61,568 nucleotides of DNA from a virus (taxonomy: Duplodnaviria; Caudoviricetes), in IMG/VR virus record IMGVR_UViG_3300030107_002736, positions 1 through 61,568 of that record; one strand, given 5' to 3'. The notes under the pieces are model-generated. The model had not been told where the DNA came from, made no database searches, and saw nothing but the letters and a program-made list of their open reading frames with translations. Positions 22,701-30,393 of the stretch are shown one piece after another. Position 1 is the stretch's first letter. Each line of letters opens with the position of its first letter. Made by a program: the position numbers and the translations under genes.

Positions 22701-24518
22701 ATGGAGAATGGCAAGGCAACCTACTACAGGTTTGCCGACCCTCAGTTGGCAATGTCGGTAATGATGCTGGGCTTTAATCCTAAAAAGCAGTTAGCAGATT
22801 TGTTTGGCGGAACCGATAAGGGCAAGGCCCTGTCCAAAATAATGACTGGACCGGCACAGCTCCTAAGAACGAGCGTGACAAAGACCCCAGCGTTCCATCA
22901 AAAAAATATTTTTAGAGATTCTTGGAATGCAAGCACCCTTATCGGTGGTGGCCCCGGACTTCTCCTGGACTCTCTTAAAAACGCAATTGACCCCAGCTCC
23001 CTAAGAAGGGCGCAGGAGAAAGGGCTGTCAGTTGGTATTGATTTTGTTGCCAACCCTGACGAGTACGGGCTGGAGATGCGCAAGCAGCTCGACCGTAGCA
23101 AGATAGACTGGACGAATCCACTGTCACCTGTTGCGGCAATGTGGCACTTCCTTGGCAGGCTTTCAAAGCAGTCAGAGGTTGCGACAAGACTTGCCGTGTA
23201 CGACAGGGTGATGGCGTTAACTGGAGACAGGGCCCTTGCTCAATACTTGGCTATAGAAATTATGAACTATGGTCGAAGGGGCGCGAATCAGGCTTTTAGT
23301 ACATTCTTGTCCACTGTCCCCTTTATGAACGGTAGGCTGCAGGGTCTTGATGTTCTGTACAGGGGGATCAGGTCTGGCGGCAGAAGCGGTCGCGGTGTTT
23401 CGGATATTCCGGGCATATGGGGCTACGGCCTGAGCAAGGACCAGTACAAAGATCTTCCTTTGTGGAAGAGAAATAGATCTCAGTTAGTTGGAAGAGGTAT
23501 GCAACTCACTGCTGCTACAATGCTGTACTATTTAATGATGCACGACGACGAAGAATATCAAGGGCTTCGTGACGAGGAGAAAGCGGACAACTGGCTACTT
23601 CCTTTGTCGGGTCATGCGTGGTTTAAGTTGCCGATTCCTTTTGAGGTCGGCGTACTTTTTAAAGTTATTCCTGAACAGCTAATGATGGCTATTCTCGAAA
23701 AAGAACACACGCTTGGTGACGCAGGAGCGGAAGCCGTTCGGCAGCTTAGAACATCTTTAAGCTTTGGTGCCCCGCAGTTCATTGCTCCCTTGTATAACGC
23801 TGCTCGCAACTACGACACCTACAGAAAGGATGCCATTGTAGATCAGTGGACTGCGTTGCGTGAGCCAAACCAGCAAAGGGAGATGTACACAAGCAATGTG
23901 GCTCGCTCTATAGCAGATACCGTAAACGCGATTCCTGGGATGAGAGAGATAGATTTTCTGTCCTCTCCCATGAAAGTCGAATACTTGATGCGCCAGTATC
24001 TGGGCACTATGGGGATGTACGGAATCACGATAGCTGATAGGGTGGCGCGTCAAGGGTATCTTCCGTTACCCAACTGGTCGGACAAAGAAAACATTGTAGG
24101 CACCAGCCTTGATTTTGATTTTGAATCCGTTCTTGGTGGCCCAGGGGTTGTGAATGTTCCACTCTTAGGGGATCTGTTAACAGACCCACGGGTGGGAGCA
24201 GGTAGACAACAAGACTTTTACGAGGTCTTGGGGGAGCTTGACGAAGTTGTAGCTACGCTAAACTCAATTAACGAAACAGACCGCAGGGAAGGGTTTGCTT
24301 ACGCACAAAAACACAGGGCGATGCTGGCACAGAAAAACAGGCTCAGCCACCTGCGGAATCAAATGCGAGCGTGGAGAATCCGCAGGGAGGCGCTACAAAA
24401 AAGAGGTGGCAGCATGACCATCGACGAAAAGCGAGCACAGTACTTACGCATGCTTGAAACACGAGAAGGCATATTAACTGGCGTTAGAGATATTATGGCC
24501 AAAGTAAGGGGCGCATAA
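13758..24518 (+). CDS. Giant polyvalent virion protein (ASCH-like domain, two HExxH motifs, C-terminal LPD38-like domain)
   Basis: 3586 aa. HEKAH at 19674-19688 and HEAIH at 20688-20702. LIRQGLRTSTSR...VRVT ASCH-like segment at about 17690-18000. NYGRRG...VPFMNGRLQG...KLPIPFEVG resembles LPD38. Confidence 0.75.
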   Translation: MPQWKKLPDGSWDFVPDNISIYNQLSQPYSSYDWSQFSAQSSPFQARERQQDGSLFGSAIEGLKSIPAGFVDVPARILQSGIGAVTPFADLPIEKRLREAARRRQQEGFVFRRDPTYLDAFLPDVGAGLGQVGALSLLGRLATRMGPYGLIAGGVALGISEQINRMADQEQKSGKDIPWYTETPAHLIGGLIGLSEMVTPLRLLKGFPGAAKSPFFKRMIRQSRPATAVFSAAGMRSALGSTGAEALQEGFAQGLQSATARGLYDPDALKDVAHSMMEEAKVGGVVGGIADVLATSMRGYNIRGMGYDTEDHFQEEVSLQRADARRRKSKEAEDFFKELDSSLVRRDIDPILKEYGISEGLAEDIHTLFHGAHADMPLHLEHSLASGELDVETMAVLRNRFSANAERAAAQLEKLSNKSKSPLQRRQLYRGAKAIREILGKRLSALDKRIELAGYGIVKLGGLTDSTQYQAIRSDANIPEVVDSSWDTIVGIGHQRDAAIKAGQPMPEYKTILEDYMGGSAGRIGLFRMAEVLGVHGGPGSDAIDVDRVESNGHIPDKTLSSSEAANFSLGDVGRVLFGRKGDRGVIAGLQYTDDLGLSAELETINERIKTLEGELDKAYTEHPRFREVAEAKKGEVYESDDAWTLDKNKNIENWLLKSSQISSLIAGENFKRNELYSRMVLQRLLHAKRVFDTPGTDPQTYRQNKKLKLEAANDLELTTSKDPNEQEAALDAWLQQSIEDAQNTYDRSVERQARLDARKAEIEKKIASTEDESLLVELRQQQVHDVDAHKMFTRDTSAAQLARLATFFNKDVRARRDAIDQRLMMRAYADISGWASRNDHRLTVAESGQTTSRELKKFIEDVLPTRLKRHETIQENLTRTYEKLRGSAKKSPTFESLVRAQFGDGRDSVRKYEEAYGLVTADDVETLLKSKNIFLRGGVPGKDKDKAVKGNIGKTLERRLGTGVESRPFKSLLQNLTGAKSWATASPGQRLLMYSRLLQLPAHRMTLDPRGKVDSEGGGFMPLFLPTFEHNPKADEYLESIMDVLIRPYAFKDERAIPGEQRRTVQNIRNVIEQQRTQAGQEFDGIEFDEALATLIESGVLDHGESSDADLIEEGAILRPSEGSLAPTREGQLGSPSNPKTAETVPELEDVLTFTEAGEGGLKTKVDFNYRGHPLSAITLGHKTIITVDNEYSSDIQFGDILELDDPTGLEDEIRRIGDEYEKGLITDQMMDFFLSKAGHRILVRAGGQGTPLAWRFNYATLSDIATQLSNYRDGISNPKVRTANAAKVARIDGATEPVEFDKARVVPMRYRDGDQGLAMRPGLEGATTLDLIRQGLRTSTSRQKRFPITVGQIIKVQGKDRSDYDFVRVTSGWKSLDEVDQATWTEMEGWGAEAYEKLRKKGYSYFTYERVDPSEIASKSRDAEKAAIATAVVGEVNDQLDPLGNSKLSRYMEALKPSFTAFHFGTRLFKNEADLPDPSDLVTDGMQLIRLEKPFTSEDVIWVSTDIGVTASTVSDLSNVVPVERVLRAVVDGELQGVYKAVDLAIEARASIVMDKKDEVAPDDVAQKELIAYLEDKGYVRMPEDSSVAAPIADEGGDASDYRIRAWAQRKKDRSIAKRFNPESSNSGVWVYNGAVDWAQQNNSSARPYAQLVKDGAVTIPVKPFESFDIPDWTEYAAFLEDIRTEYAKSGVLPYLTEAGFGELDAKQKIRNQLIRNPSLLTPASSVVHDYYSDKTTSGLTIIGELLSKRRSKEDRLDFLRQVLPVINQVERESRTLGPTIEEWKDILSTVGLKHVPYSEFMPDVDVDDISDDDLKKYEEESRQILGDNTRLDGIEFSKEDLVWQRRYQLLHDLVAPEAKAFFVVGSAPDADYLGFSSNFGSDAQVERDDEQYTFINRAKMLQSFELSGEKAVPVWKVQGGIVTKDQVVRGGDTDSTFYANVRKFTPDGVPGLGPDGFERIEDSLVMLIAHEKAHSFITAQLVGTERGQFDKGQGDISSAIYEDVINNYALNELPRLAWAALRSRMETRRLDKLRAAPKSFKADTVSPNLNIIEGARRMPLGGDFVSDVIERQAELEDQSPRSDYHKHVRENKKIFEAKASAVRVKEILNDPKMKKHVDDAVRRWNKQNEKKITRKEYIERYASQITSTLGLQALEDAGVLESVSGRLRRAENIPATESVLRFNTSEGSKILSELIVGDAVPTSIEARASAVRRAHLEESQKRFGHLKTEALITLAKLRVPDNIKTQFVDDIDGLFQGNSEVMVRGEMLPQTRAAVYDSAANRIIINLAAIDPDNMMDAEMVIREAVTHEAIHALKARGHFYESELSHLRAYVRNNVVPEEWDKEAHDMGLTWFEREVYRQKESNLGELEVEEESILALMQALSQDGVPEAREGGSGAKLRKTKNRMMEFFDAVVGAAKETDIGGVMKIFSAVESGAVGMRGAGYRGETDFDAEKDEIRSMRLSRYADPAELQELTKAIALRDAAPNESMRSKEQEKVDKIADRIVGRRSRIQESANPVDGVQAIDNERRAVEEVRATNSYAIPLLGNKMWTAKDNRQARDAALDEYFRIKKGESGYTMPRDWMNMFDNQTRNTTTLEDLVKEAIENGLVTPTAKGGSFKKSLEEGVLGPDSISGNNPEETLENIKTSRDQLRYQFLDRRQWVVKQTDRLLELQNRASIDAETAALVAIRNADNAVNWLEGIMERGPMSYLGQSTSRGSWDIAPVYDDQLQEKYGGDGQVGSLLDIFAFIANPKDEQAAAVYGMAKRIRWTRLRRDETRAQVYPDPMRPNIERDLQSPELASQLRMFDEAYERINPKNKKTGERMWSEAFLDKVIEDTEANNEHIIEFWDHYQAFNRAMIETSYRAGLLTRSQRDEWIAMPYTPFYRDTSKEDQSPIGSSGEMVKRGKVMVERAIRGSFEPIKSDLVSNIMENTQALIRDMTMNVATARTARDAVSLGDAEQVSVSDMRSALDDRIVRVMENGKATYYRFADPQLAMSVMMLGFNPKKQLADLFGGTDKGKALSKIMTGPAQLLRTSVTKTPAFHQKNIFRDSWNASTLIGGGPGLLLDSLKNAIDPSSLRRAQEKGLSVGIDFVANPDEYGLEMRKQLDRSKIDWTNPLSPVAAMWHFLGRLSKQSEVATRLAVYDRVMALTGDRALAQYLAIEIMNYGRRGANQAFSTFLSTVPFMNGRLQGLDVLYRGIRSGGRSGRGVSDIPGIWGYGLSKDQYKDLPLWKRNRSQLVGRGMQLTAATMLYYLMMHDDEEYQGLRDEEKADNWLLPLSGHAWFKLPIPFEVGVLFKVIPEQLMMAILEKEHTLGDAGAEAVRQLRTSLSFGAPQFIAPLYNAARNYDTYRKDAIVDQWTALREPNQQREMYTSNVARSIADTVNAIPGMREIDFLSSPMKVEYLMRQYLGTMGMYGITIADRVARQGYLPLPNWSDKENIVGTSLDFDFESVLGGPGVVNVPLLGDLLTDPRVGAGRQQDFYEVLGELDEVVATLNSINETDRREGFAYAQKHRAMLAQKNRLSHLRNQMRAWRIRREALQKRGGSMTIDEKRAQYLRMLETREGILTGVRDIMAKVRGA

Positions 24519-24519
24519 G

Positions 24520-24936
24520 ATGGCGGTTGACTCACCAGTCTGGCACCTTCGCAGAGAACTAGAGAAAGGCGATGCGGTGTGGGGGCGCTTGTACAACAAA
24601 GATGATGGCCACGACTTCTGGACTATTGAGAACTCAGCAAAATTAATTCCTGCAGGGTTGCACCCGTGCGTAAAAGACTACTATCACCGTGGGAATTACC
24701 CGACGTTTGAAATTATTGTTGAGGGCAGGGACCGCCTGTTGTTTCACGCGGCTAATTATGCGAACGAACTTGAGGGCTGCATTGCCCCTGGAAAAAGCAG
24801 GGGTGAGACAGAGGACGGCAGGCTTGCAGTATGGAGTAGCAAGAGGGCCTTTAATGAATTTTGGGAAATAGTAAAAGACGAAGATTCTTTTTTGCTTTTA
24901 ATCGAAGACTTAACTGAGGACAGCAACGATGAGTAG
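24520..24936 (+). CDS. DUF5675-like protein, candidate endolysin
   Basis: TIE..IPAG..., GRDRLLFHAAN...LEGCIAPG motif set; followed by membrane proteins. Confidence 0.7.
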   Translation: MAVDSPVWHLRRELEKGDAVWGRLYNKDDGHDFWTIENSAKLIPAGLHPCVKDYYHRGNYPTFEIIVEGRDRLLFHAANYANELEGCIAPGKSRGETEDGRLAVWSSKRAFNEFWEIVKDEDSFLLLIEDLTEDSNDE

Positions 24937-25162
24937 GTTTTTAAGTGTGTTTAAGGACAACAACGACTGGAATGAAAAGACTATTATCGGAGCAATTTCT
25001 TTTGCGATGATGGTTACTACTGCTGTCGTTGACGTAACAACCGGGGTGTGGGGAATGGAACTTCAAATTCAAGAATTTATTTATAATAGTTTCTTGATCA
25101 TCACCCTGGGGTGCTTCTCAATTAGTGGTATTGAAAAGTGGGCACCTCAACGAGATGACTGA
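24929..25162 (+). CDS. Holin-like protein (2 TM)
   Basis: 77 aa with two hydrophobic segments, next to the candidate endolysin. Confidence 0.55.
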   Translation: MSRFLSVFKDNNDWNEKTIIGAISFAMMVTTAVVDVTTGVWGMELQIQEFIYNSFLIITLGCFSISGIEKWAPQRDD

Positions 25163-25554
25163 TGGCAGTGCTAAGCGATGAGACCCACATCTCCATGCCT
25201 TTGCGTAACCTCCTGTCTATTGTGGCAGGGGTTGCGGTGGGGGTGTGGGCTTACTTTGGAATCGTTGAGCGACTGAACAACATCGAAACTTCATTGATGA
25301 TGATGGAGCAAGACGTTGAACTAAATTCAGAGTTCAGGGTTCGTTGGCCTAGGGGTGAACTAGGTTCGCTTCCAGCAGACGCAGAGCAGTTCATGCTGTT
25401 AGGCCACCTTGAAACACAGCTTGAAAAACTGGTCGAAGAGGTGGAGTCAGGAAGTGCCCCTTTTGATCAGCAGCAAGAGCTTACGCTTCAATGGTACGCT
25501 CAACGTATTTCTGAGCTTGAATCGCAGGTCGAAGACATAAGGGCGCGAAGGTAA
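25162..25554 (+). CDS. Membrane-anchored coiled-coil protein
   Basis: N-terminal TM (LLSIVAGVAVGVWAYFGI) plus coiled coil. Confidence 0.6.
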   Translation: MAVLSDETHISMPLRNLLSIVAGVAVGVWAYFGIVERLNNIETSLMMMEQDVELNSEFRVRWPRGELGSLPADAEQFMLLGHLETQLEKLVEEVESGSAPFDQQQELTLQWYAQRISELESQVEDIRARR

Positions 25555-25841
25555 TGGCTAATGGTATATCTAAGGCAACCTCCCTCCCTGCGATAAGTGT
25601 AGGTTTTGCAATATCTATATTGGTTGCTACATGGGTGGCAGGCGGTAGATTTGAGGGCATGGAGAGGGCTGACTCTCAGGCAATGGTTGAGATAGAAGAC
25701 ATAAGGGACAGGCAAAGAAAGTACATAGGACAGCAGGGAAGCCTGACCCTTCAGATTGAAGAACTACAAGACTTAGTAACCGCACTTGAAAGAGAGATTG
25801 CTCTCCTGAAGGTGAGGCTAGAAATAGAAAACAATGAGTAA
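25554..25841 (+). CDS. Membrane-anchored coiled-coil protein
   Basis: TM segment followed by heptads; TAATG coupling. Confidence 0.55.
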   Translation: MANGISKATSLPAISVGFAISILVATWVAGGRFEGMERADSQAMVEIEDIRDRQRKYIGQQGSLTLQIEELQDLVTALEREIALLKVRLEIENNE

Positions 25842-26646
25842 TGGAATTGCGTCCTTAGACCCTGACGACCCAAAGAAAGCTGCGCATCCTTGGCGTTTCT
25901 CCCGAAGCCATCCGGCTGGCAACCTTGCGTTGCCTATGAACATTCGCCAATTGGCCGCAGACGTGATAGGCAAACAATTTCGCGAACGACTTGGACTTGA
26001 GTCGTTGGGTAGCCTTATTGGTGAAAGAGAAATTACTGAGGCAGATTTAAGACCCGCAGAGTTGAGGGCGTTACGGGAAGCGGCTGTCAGGGCCATGGGA
26101 AACCAGGCCCTTAGCAGGGCCAGTATTGGGTATCGTCATTACGACACCACTGACGAAGATGCTTATGCGGATGTGGGGGCAGCAAGAATGCTTTCACCAC
26201 TGTCGGTTCTTGATAAGCTCTTTGACCCCAACTACAGCATGAAGACAACAATAGGGCAGGGGAACCTTGAGCGTGATCCAGACACCGGAGAATACTACGT
26301 CTACGATCAGTATAATTTTAACGAAAGAAGGCCTGAGCCAACCCCCCTTATAGGGACAAGGGAGGAGCCTGGTGCCATGCGTATTTTTGGTGGAAGGATG
26401 GCGCAGTCTGGTGCCTATGGCCTGCCTAGGGCGATTGGCTCTGCGTATGGAAGCCCGGAGGGTGAGGGCAGCCGTGTTCGTATTAACTTAGGGGATCTTG
26501 AAGACGCTCTTGCAAGAGGTCGCGGAGAGGAGGTTAACCCACTAAGAAAAGGCCTTAGTTATTTAGCTGGTTTGTTGAGGCGTGGGCCAAGGGTTCCCGA
26601 TGCGCCACCACCAATAGCTGACCCACTAAACCCCTTGATAGACTAA
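25834..26646 (+). CDS. Hypothetical protein (possible minor virion protein)
   Basis: 270-aa ORF coupled to its neighbours. Confidence 0.6.
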   Translation: MSNGIASLDPDDPKKAAHPWRFSRSHPAGNLALPMNIRQLAADVIGKQFRERLGLESLGSLIGEREITEADLRPAELRALREAAVRAMGNQALSRASIGYRHYDTTDEDAYADVGAARMLSPLSVLDKLFDPNYSMKTTIGQGNLERDPDTGEYYVYDQYNFNERRPEPTPLIGTREEPGAMRIFGGRMAQSGAYGLPRAIGSAYGSPEGEGSRVRINLGDLEDALARGRGEEVNPLRKGLSYLAGLLRRGPRVPDAPPPIADPLNPLID

Positions 26647-26650
26647 CTAG

Positions 26651-26866
26651 ATGGATTGCCTGCGGTGTGGCGAGGAAAATGACGACGATGCTGACTTCTG
26701 TTGGTTTTGCGGGTGGGCGTTTATAGGAGATTCTACAATCTGCTCAACGTGCAATCAAACCTTAAAAAAATATGAGGAGTGTGAGGGATGTACTGACGAG
26801 AGCGACAAGGATGCTTGGACAAGTAACGACCTTGATGACTGGTACCATCTAGCAGAGGAGATCTGA
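26651..26866 (+). CDS. Zinc-ribbon protein
   Basis: Four CxxC pairs (CLRC, CWFC, CSTC, CEGC) and an acidic tail. Confidence 0.6.
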   Translation: MDCLRCGEENDDDADFCWFCGWAFIGDSTICSTCNQTLKKYEECEGCTDESDKDAWTSNDLDDWYHLAEEI

Positions 26867-26867
26867 G

Positions 26868-27710
26868 ATGAAACACCTAGTCGTATTCTTTGGAGATTTG
26901 CATTGTGGTTCAACGGTGGGCCTGTGTCCGCCCGAAGGTATAGAGCTTGACGATGGCGGGATGTACATGCCCAACAAAGGGCAACAGTGGCTGTGGAGCA
27001 ACTGGGAAGAGGCGTGGGCTAAGATCAAGTCCATCAAAAGACACAACAGACGCGCCAAGCTACATCTTGTAATCAACGGTGACGCCACTGACGGCGACCA
27101 CCACCGCACCACCCAGATCGCAACGGGCCACGAAGGAGTGCATGTGGGTTGTGCCATCGAATCCCTCCGAGTGCCCTTGGCACTTAAACCCGACAGTGTG
27201 CATGTGATAAGGGGTACGTCTGCTCATGTCGGTAGAGCAGGAGGCCTAGAAGAGGGTATGGCAAAAGCCCTTAAGGGTATGGGTTGGCCCGTTGTTGAAG
27301 ACCCCGACACCGGAACACTCTCTTCTTATACGCGAAGCATAAAGGTTGGCGACTTTGTGTTTGACGTGAAGCACCACGGTCGCATGGGAAGAAGGGCGCA
27401 CACCAAGGGTCCGTACATGCGCTGGTACGCACAAGATATATTCTTCAACTACCTCATGGACGGAGAAGACCCACCCGACCTCGCTATTCGCTCACACTTT
27501 CACCAGTTCGCAGATAGCGGAGACATACATAAAGTAAAAACCAGAGCTGTGGCATTACCTGCGTGGCAGCTGGCTACGGAGTATGTGCACAGGGTTGCTG
27601 AGAGCCTGGCCGACGTAGGTCTTGTATATTTTGAGGTTGATGATGATGATTATAGGATGGGTAAAATACTTTTTACCCCCGATAGACCAACCACTGTGGA
27701 GGTAGGATGA
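26868..27710 (+). CDS. Calcineurin-like metallophosphoesterase
   Basis: GDLHCG, NGD, GTSAH, HHG and SHFH motifs in the canonical order. Confidence 0.8.
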   Translation: MKHLVVFFGDLHCGSTVGLCPPEGIELDDGGMYMPNKGQQWLWSNWEEAWAKIKSIKRHNRRAKLHLVINGDATDGDHHRTTQIATGHEGVHVGCAIESLRVPLALKPDSVHVIRGTSAHVGRAGGLEEGMAKALKGMGWPVVEDPDTGTLSSYTRSIKVGDFVFDVKHHGRMGRRAHTKGPYMRWYAQDIFFNYLMDGEDPPDLAIRSHFHQFADSGDIHKVKTRAVALPAWQLATEYVHRVAESLADVGLVYFEVDDDDYRMGKILFTPDRPTTVEVG

Positions 27711-27970
27711 GACCAGCGATCACAGAAGCCGACTTACTGGAGCAGGTACAGAACGCTTTAGATTTTGCAAGCGATCCCGAGGGTGCGGTGTCAACCAAGG
27801 AGTTGTCCGAAGCTCTCAACATACCAACCGAAAAAGTAAGGACCCGAATAAGAAAGCTCATTGAGCAAAACGTAGTTGAGGTTGTTAAGGTTCCACGAAC
27901 AAACATCGTTGGCGTGGTTCAGCACCAGTTCTGCTACCGCCTTGTTCAAAACCCGGAAGAAAACCCATGA
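27707..27970 (+). CDS. Winged-helix DNA-binding protein
   Basis: VSTKELSEALNIPTEKVRTRIRKLIEQNVV HTH pattern followed by a beta wing. Confidence 0.7.
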   Translation: MRPAITEADLLEQVQNALDFASDPEGAVSTKELSEALNIPTEKVRTRIRKLIEQNVVEVVKVPRTNIVGVVQHQFCYRLVQNPEENP

Positions 27971-28593
27971 GCAGGAATTATTTTTTACCAGTCCTGATCT
28001 TTGCCGGGCTTATATCATTTTGCGGAATTATTTTTAACAGCAATGCCGAAGCCAGGACTCGTGCTGCTGTCGCAGAGAGCAAGGTCGAAGAATTAGAAGC
28101 TGAACGAGTGGAGCTTGAGTCCGAATTGATGGAATCGAAGGAGGGCTACATCCTCCTGAAGGACAGCCTGGACCAAGCGCACGATTCTCTATCTGAAATT
28201 AGAGAATCTGCAAAAAACGACGCTCTCACAGCCTCTCTAAGCTACAACGAGAACCTTACTACACTACGGACTAGGCTGGAAGGTCAAAGTGGCTTAGAGG
28301 CCCTGCTGGACACCTTAGAATTGAATCATCAAAAAGAGGTGTCCGCATACCAGACTCAGATCGCTACATTGGAGGCGGATAACGCTTTACTGTGGCAAAG
28401 AGTCGAAAGTCTGGACTCAATGTGGGTTATGGAGCAGGATCTTAACGAAGCACTGAGGCTTGAGGTTGCCGCTCTTAACGAGCAGTCGGACGCATGGAAG
28501 AGTGTTGCTAACCGTAGCGTCTTCGGAAGGATCGGGGGTGCCGTTCCGTATATCTTAGCCGGTGTTGCTATTGGGTCGCTCGTACAAAACTAA
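27967..28593 (+). CDS. Coiled-coil protein with N- and C-terminal hydrophobic segments (spanin-like)
   Basis: TM at the N-terminus, long heptad region, hydrophobic C-terminus. Confidence 0.55.
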   Translation: MSRNYFLPVLIFAGLISFCGIIFNSNAEARTRAAVAESKVEELEAERVELESELMESKEGYILLKDSLDQAHDSLSEIRESAKNDALTASLSYNENLTTLRTRLEGQSGLEALLDTLELNHQKEVSAYQTQIATLEADNALLWQRVESLDSMWVMEQDLNEALRLEVAALNEQSDAWKSVANRSVFGRIGGAVPYILAGVAIGSLVQN

Positions 28594-28924
28594 GACACAC
28601 GAAAGACAGTTCGGGCCAAAGGCGGATTGGATTCGCAGGCTATCCTGTCACACCTGTGGCAAGTGGGGGCCCAGCGACCCCGCTCATATGAGGTCCCGTG
28701 GGGCTGGGGGTACAAGCGAACATCTTGTACCGCTTTGTCGGGACTGCCACATGGAGCAACACGCCAAGGGAATCAAGACTTTCTTTAAGAAGCATGGAAT
28801 AGATGATCACATGGCTTTGGCTGAAGAGTACCATCAGCGGTGGTTACGCAGGCAAAGCAAAGAGGGAGACGACAGGGACTTGCTTCACTACTTCTCCCTG
28901 CTAGAGTCCTCCGGTCTCCCGTAA
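28562..28924 (+). CDS. HNH / DUF968-like zinc-binding nuclease
   Basis: CHTC...DPAHMRSRGAGG...LVPLCRDCH motif. Confidence 0.75.
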   Translation: MLLLGRSYKTKTHERQFGPKADWIRRLSCHTCGKWGPSDPAHMRSRGAGGTSEHLVPLCRDCHMEQHAKGIKTFFKKHGIDDHMALAEEYHQRWLRRQSKEGDDRDLLHYFSLLESSGLP

Positions 28925-29173
28925 CCTCTGGACCATGTTGTCGTCAGAGGTTGCTTGATCCTGCCTGACCGCCTGCATTTTCCAGGTGGACTTACCGGCC
29001 CTGAGTCCATGGCGAATCCCTGCCCCCACTCCATACAGAACACACGCTGTCAAAATGCAGACAGTTCCGATATTCAAATATTTTTCTTTCCAGCTGTGTG
29101 TCTTTTTCATTTTGTTCCAAAAGAAAGGAGGCCGCCCTGTTGAAGTAAACAACAACAGTAGTAGCATGGTCAT
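28901..29173 (-). CDS. Hypothetical membrane protein
   Basis: One TM segment; start uncertain. Confidence 0.4.
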   Translation of the reverse strand: MTMLLLLLFTSTGRPPFFWNKMKKTHSWKEKYLNIGTVCILTACVLYGVGAGIRHGLRAGKSTWKMQAVRQDQATSDDNMVQRLRETGGL

Positions 29174-29220
29174 TTAAGTCAGGCTACGGGGAGGACCGCA
29201 GCTGTGACACCTCCGAACTC

Positions 29221-29397
29221 TTACGCCTCTATCGTTTTCTCTTTCTTAATGTACTGGGTTACGCAATGTACTATGTACCTAGTCCTGCTCCATCCTTTTC
29301 GTTCCGCCATCTGGCAGACATCATTGTAAAGTCCCCTTGGTACATGAAGAAGGACCTTCTTCTTCTCCCCTCTAGGTTGACTAGAACGGGAGCCCAT
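29221..29397 (-). CDS. Ribbon-helix-helix (Arc/CopG-like) DNA-binding protein
   Basis: KVLLHVP-RGLYNDVCQMAERKG-WSRTRYIVHCV fits the RHH pattern; start at ATG 29397. Confidence 0.65.
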   Translation of the reverse strand: MGSRSSQPRGEKKKVLLHVPRGLYNDVCQMAERKGWSRTRYIVHCVTQYIKKEKTIEA

Positions 29398-29677
29398 CGT
29401 CTTCCTCCTCCGACTCAGGCTCAGCCGCAGGGGCCTCGTCTGCCGGTCTGTCCAACTCCAACCTAAAGTTCTTGTAGGGCATCCCCGCCTTGGAGACGTT
29501 CTCCCACATCGCCACGCGCAATACCGGCATCTGCCCAGTCTTTGCCCGTTCAACCATCGCCTTCAGAAACTCCCTAGTGAATTCGATCTTGCCGACCTCA
29601 CTGGGATGCTTGTCGGTCTTTGCGTACTTGTTCTTAAATACTGCAAAGTCGAGCTTGGGGGCGTTCGCGTAATCCAT
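29381..29677 (-). CDS. Single-stranded DNA-binding protein-like
   Basis: Acidic C-terminal tail ending EEEDDGLPF; next to the annealing protein. Confidence 0.65.
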   Translation of the reverse strand: MDYANAPKLDFAVFKNKYAKTDKHPSEVGKIEFTREFLKAMVERAKTGQMPVLRVAMWENVSKAGMPYKNFRLELDRPADEAPAAEPESEEEDDGLPF

Positions 29678-29679
29678 CG

Positions 29680-30393
29680 TTACTTCTCCTCTGCTTTCGC
29701 ATCGTCAAGTTTAAGTGCTGCTTGTCCTACGTCCTTCAACTGTCTGATCAAGAGAGCCGCTTTCTCCTGGTCCCCACCTTTGATAGCCGCCTTGATGTCG
29801 GCTGTCGTCTTTCCGTCTGGCTCCCAGCCACTCTGATACAGATCGTTGGCCATGGTCCTCAGTTCTGCAACGAAGTCAAGCTCCGGCTCTTCTACCGCCT
29901 CAACCACTGGCTCAGGCACAACCTTGGACTTGGACTTCTTTTTCGGCGCAGACTTCTTGGGTGCTACCGGCTTGGATGACTCCTCATACGGTAGCGCATC
30001 TCCACTATATAGATAATTAGCGAGCCCGTAAAGACTAAAGCACTTTACGAGGCACCTTTGCTTTGCATCACTGACCGCCCTGCTGTCAGGATTGGCAATG
30101 GACTTCATCTTGTAGTCCATGACAGGCAACCACATGTCGCGCTTTACGTCTCCGATGGTCACGGAACAGGTCACCATAGCGGTGCCACCGTTGTAGTACG
30201 TCACATCCCTAGTGACTCCTTGGTCGTCCGTGGTTCCGTGCCACTTCACCTGCAAGTCAGGGTAGTGCTCCATCATTAGTCGCCACGCATGGGACCAACT
30301 CAGGTAAGTCAAACCCATCTTTTCTTCTGTGTACTTCGAGCAGTCAATCTTGGACAGGGTTGCCCAGATCTCCTGCGCTGTTGGCTTAGCCAT
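29680..30393 (-). CDS. Sak / DUF1071 (Rad52-like) single-strand annealing protein
   Basis: LTYLSWSHAW, MWLPVMD and QRCLVK motifs; start MAKPTAQ at 30393. Confidence 0.8.
   Translation of the reverse strand: MAKPTAQEIWATLSKIDCSKYTEEKMGLTYLSWSHAWRLMMEHYPDLQVKWHGTTDDQGVTRDVTYYNGGTAMVTCSVTIGDVKRDMWLPVMDYKMKSIANPDSRAVSDAKQRCLVKCFSLYGLANYLYSGDALPYEESSKPVAPKKSAPKKKSKSKVVPEPVVEAVEEPELDFVAELRTMANDLYQSGWEPDGKTTADIKAAIKGGDQEKAALLIRQLKDVGQAALKLDDAKAEEK

Noticed and set aside
33-24053. Many short - strand ORFs within the structural genes
   Set aside because: They are antisense shadows of long, coupled + strand genes and lack RBSs.
13758-24518. N4-like virion RNA polymerase (similar size, and GAA hairpins exist in the genome)
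   Set aside because: I could not find single-subunit or two-barrel polymerase catalytic motifs. The recognisable parts are peptidase, ASCH-like and LPD38-like.
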